Below, in pieces: positions 61,025-64,000 of a DNA stretch of 64,000 nucleotides. The stretch is from Paraspadella gotoi (Eukaryota > Animalia > Chaetognatha): the NCBI GenBank assembly GCA_051294375.1, contig CM119268.1:11366200-11430199 (forward strand), read 5' to 3'. Under the pieces are notes generated by a model, which ran no database searches, was not told the origin of the DNA, and saw nothing but the letters and a program-made list of their open reading frames with translations. Both the position numbers and the translations under genes were made by a program. Each line of letters opens with the position of its first letter. The stretch's first letter is position 1.

Positions 61025-62241
61025 TCAACTGTCAAGTAAACTCTTTCGTTCATCAACTTTTTCTTCCCCGTTCCCGGCATAGAATTTGATAAACGCCAGC
61101 GCCACCACCGACGCGAATATCACGGTGGCGCCAATGATCGCCAAAGGCGCCATCACTTCTTCGTAAAGCGCAAACGCTAACGTCGCTCCGATTGGAATGA
61201 CGCATGCGTTGATGATGTTGCCGACGACGCCGGCCGATCCGGGCTTCCACGACTCCAGCTCTTGACACCCGTAGATCGACGAGACCCGCAACAGGTTGAG
61301 CACGGAGCCGCTTTCCAGAGAGAGAACAACGCCGCTCCAAGACGACGCCGGCGGGAGGTTCCAACCGCCGTCGATAGTCAAGTAGATGGGGACGACGACG
61401 ACGGAGGTGGCGCTGCGGAGGAAGACATAGTTCGTCCAATGGACGTGCTTGAATACGCCGATCATGAAGGGAAAGATAGCATGGTTTAGGCCGATCGCCA
61501 TGGCGACTATGATTGGGACGAGGGGATGCGAAACGGAGACTGGGGGGAGAAATTACGGAACGCTTTTAGTATTTTCATTTTTACAATGATGATTGAATTG
61601 TAAAAAAGTTATCACATAAAAAGGAACTTACTCAGAGAGTGAAACGACGTATTAGTTATTGCCACCATGAAAACCCCTACTGAAGCCATGATGATCCCGA
61701 GAAAGTCAACGCTGCTCAGGCATTTATGATTGACGACACCCTGCATTACCTGCGACGAATCGATAACAGATGTTAGCCTAAGTTAGATAGTTTATTAGTA
61801 AACTAGACCCCGCAGTAATTGCCTCGAAGTGATAACCTTGATGGGAGTAGCTTAGTTGTTATCGATCAAAGGTTCAAGCATCAACTCTCTTTCCTTTTTA
61901 CCGGAGTCCAAAGTATGTTGGAAATGATGATAGCGGCCAGATTTCCCACGGCCATCCGTTCCGAACAAAACAAAAGGGCGATGCACCCAAGATCCGCCAA
62001 AGAGCAGACGAAAAGAAAAACTGCCCATTCCATCTTCGTCCTCAGCCCCCAGTTTTTGAGCATCACCGGAACGAATGGCGCAAGGGTGAGGAGTTGGCCG
62101 AGGGCGATCAGCGCCACCGCTTGTGACGGTCGGAGTTCGTACGTCCCGCGCATGAGGTTCGTGTTGAGGCCGTCCATGATTTTGGAGCAAAAGTAGAGGA
62201 GGAATCCCCAGAAAACGTGGAACCGAGACGAATCCATTCAT
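61025..62241 (-). CDS. EamA/DMT (SLC35G-like) transporter, more distant paralogue 3
   Basis: Multi-TM exons with SERMAVGNLAAIIISN, LGIIMASVGVFMV and AFALYEEVMAPLAIIGATVIFASV. An apparent frameshift lies near the start. Confidence 0.7.
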
Positions 62242-62579
62242 GGCGAGTTAATGAAAAGTTTTTTTCGTTTGCATTCTAAAAATTTGTTGTTCTTTTCACT
62301 TAGCTATAATCACAGAAGAATCATCGGTGCTCGATTAAAATCACATCGTATTCGGATCTAGTTTTATAATTCAGAATGAAATGTTTCACATTTCACAATG
62401 TTTAATGATTGATCATTTCTCGCGTTGTTGGAGAGTTTAGTCGAAACGGATTGATGATTATTTGAGTAATGAACGTAACGTTGAATTGATGTTATGTTTT
62501 TGGTATTTAATCTATTATTTTTTTTTTTGAAATAAAAGAAACGATTTGACAGTTAAAACGATAAAAAGATGAAACGATA

Positions 62580-62643
62580 AATCTATTAATCTATTAATAT
62601 ATTAATCTATTAATCTATTAATCTATTAATCTATTAATCTATC
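62580..62643. repeat. (ATCTATTA)n tandem repeat
   Basis: About eight visible units. Confidence 0.9.
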
Positions 62644-62902
62644 AAGAGTCTCTTGCGATCGTCTTCATAGTCCAGTACGTAAATTTCCACGAAAATTTTT
62701 TTCGTCTTGCGGATTCGATTAATTCGGCAAGTTACAAAATTAAGATGATAAAGCACGGGTGAGTTTTGGCTTCTAACTGATTGTTAAATGAGCCGCTCAG
62801 CCTCTTCGTTCAAAATTATTGAAAATTCTTTTCTACCTTGAACCTGATCTTGAAAGGAGTCTTGAAGGGCGCTGACCGGTTTTTAAATTCCTCTCTCTCT
62901 CT

Positions 62903-62977
<75 letters not shown>

Positions 62978-64000
62978 TCTAGTGTACGCAATTACTAACA
63001 TGCTAAAAGGTTCACATTTTTATTTCTAACAACAAATCAATCCATCTTCAACGAGATATTTCTCATCTACTCTTTACTATAGCGTTAAAAAATTGTATCA
63101 ATGATTTTCACTCCTGTTTTGATGTTTAGGAAATTTTAAAAAGTTTTTTTTTCTGTCGAACGATTATCCCCGACGTTCCTTCTTTTCATTATCTTTCAAT
63201 TCTTTCTACTTTTATGTCTTATTTTTCTTAGAAAACCTGAATAAGACGTCGTATTGAGAACCACAAGGTTCTCAGAAACCTCTTCTCTTCTTTAGTAGCC
63301 GTATTCGGGTTTCAAGAAACAAATAGAAACACATTTTAATTAACTGGACTTTCGAAAGGTCTCAAGTAAAGTAAAAGTATTAATATTGTATTTGCTCAGC
63401 GTGCTATTTTTAATGTGTTTTTTAAGCAATTTGCCATGTTGCCTCCTTTTCAGACATTTTCAATTTTTGAAGTTTCATCGGCATTTTCAGATGTAAAATA
63501 TAAGAAAAAAACATTTTAATAATTTCTCCATAAAAATTGAAGGAATACTTGGATAATCTGATATAATATAATAACATGATAAAATAGGCAAAAACACGGC
63601 ACAGTCCAAAAAAGCCTTGATTTTTTTACTACAGCTGAGGTTGAAAACAAAAGGCAACCTCCTAAGTTGACTGTAAAATATTGAATGAATCATTGGCTGG
63701 AGGTTTAAAAGAACGAAACCAAATCCGCCCGAACCCGAGCTTTCTGTCAAATCTCCAGTGATATCAAAACTGAAAACGTATCATCACGGCTACTCCTTCC
63801 TCACCTTGCGAGTTCAGCAGAGTATAAACTTATCTCTAGTATCTCGACTGTGACCAATATGCTTTGGTACCCAAGTCACTTTCACGGAAAAAAACTACCA
63901 GTTGCTTTGGCGGGAAAAAAGCGCGTGACGAAGTCCTCGACGCCATCTCGAGGAGAAACTGGGACGAATTCTTAGAGATTTTGTTCGCTGACAATGACGA

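Overview
This is AT-rich, intron-rich eukaryotic DNA, most likely from an invertebrate animal. It is a draft assembly with N-gaps, gap-flanking duplications and scattered 1-bp indels. Hand-spliced genes in order: 3' end of RAPGEF2/6 (+); KDELC/POGLUT2-3 (+); a secreted protein that appears to consist only of a signal peptide, a Pro/Ser/Thr stalk and two laminin-alpha-type LG domains (-); a divergent PRD-class homeobox gene (+); three EamA/SLC35G-like transporter paralogues; a COMTD1-like O-methyltransferase (-); a Cab45/SDF4-like EF-hand protein (+); and a TRPM-like channel (-). The strongest signals are: (1) the TRPM gene carries two tandem, intact, phase-compatible S3-S6 pore plus TRP-box/C-terminal exon cassettes; (2) a highly structured tRNA-derived repeat occurs four times, only in TRPM introns; (3) the stand-alone LG4-LG5 gene; (4) a Penelope-type inverted repeat with a minimal hammerhead ribozyme. 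All family assignments come from motif recognition by eye, with no database searches.
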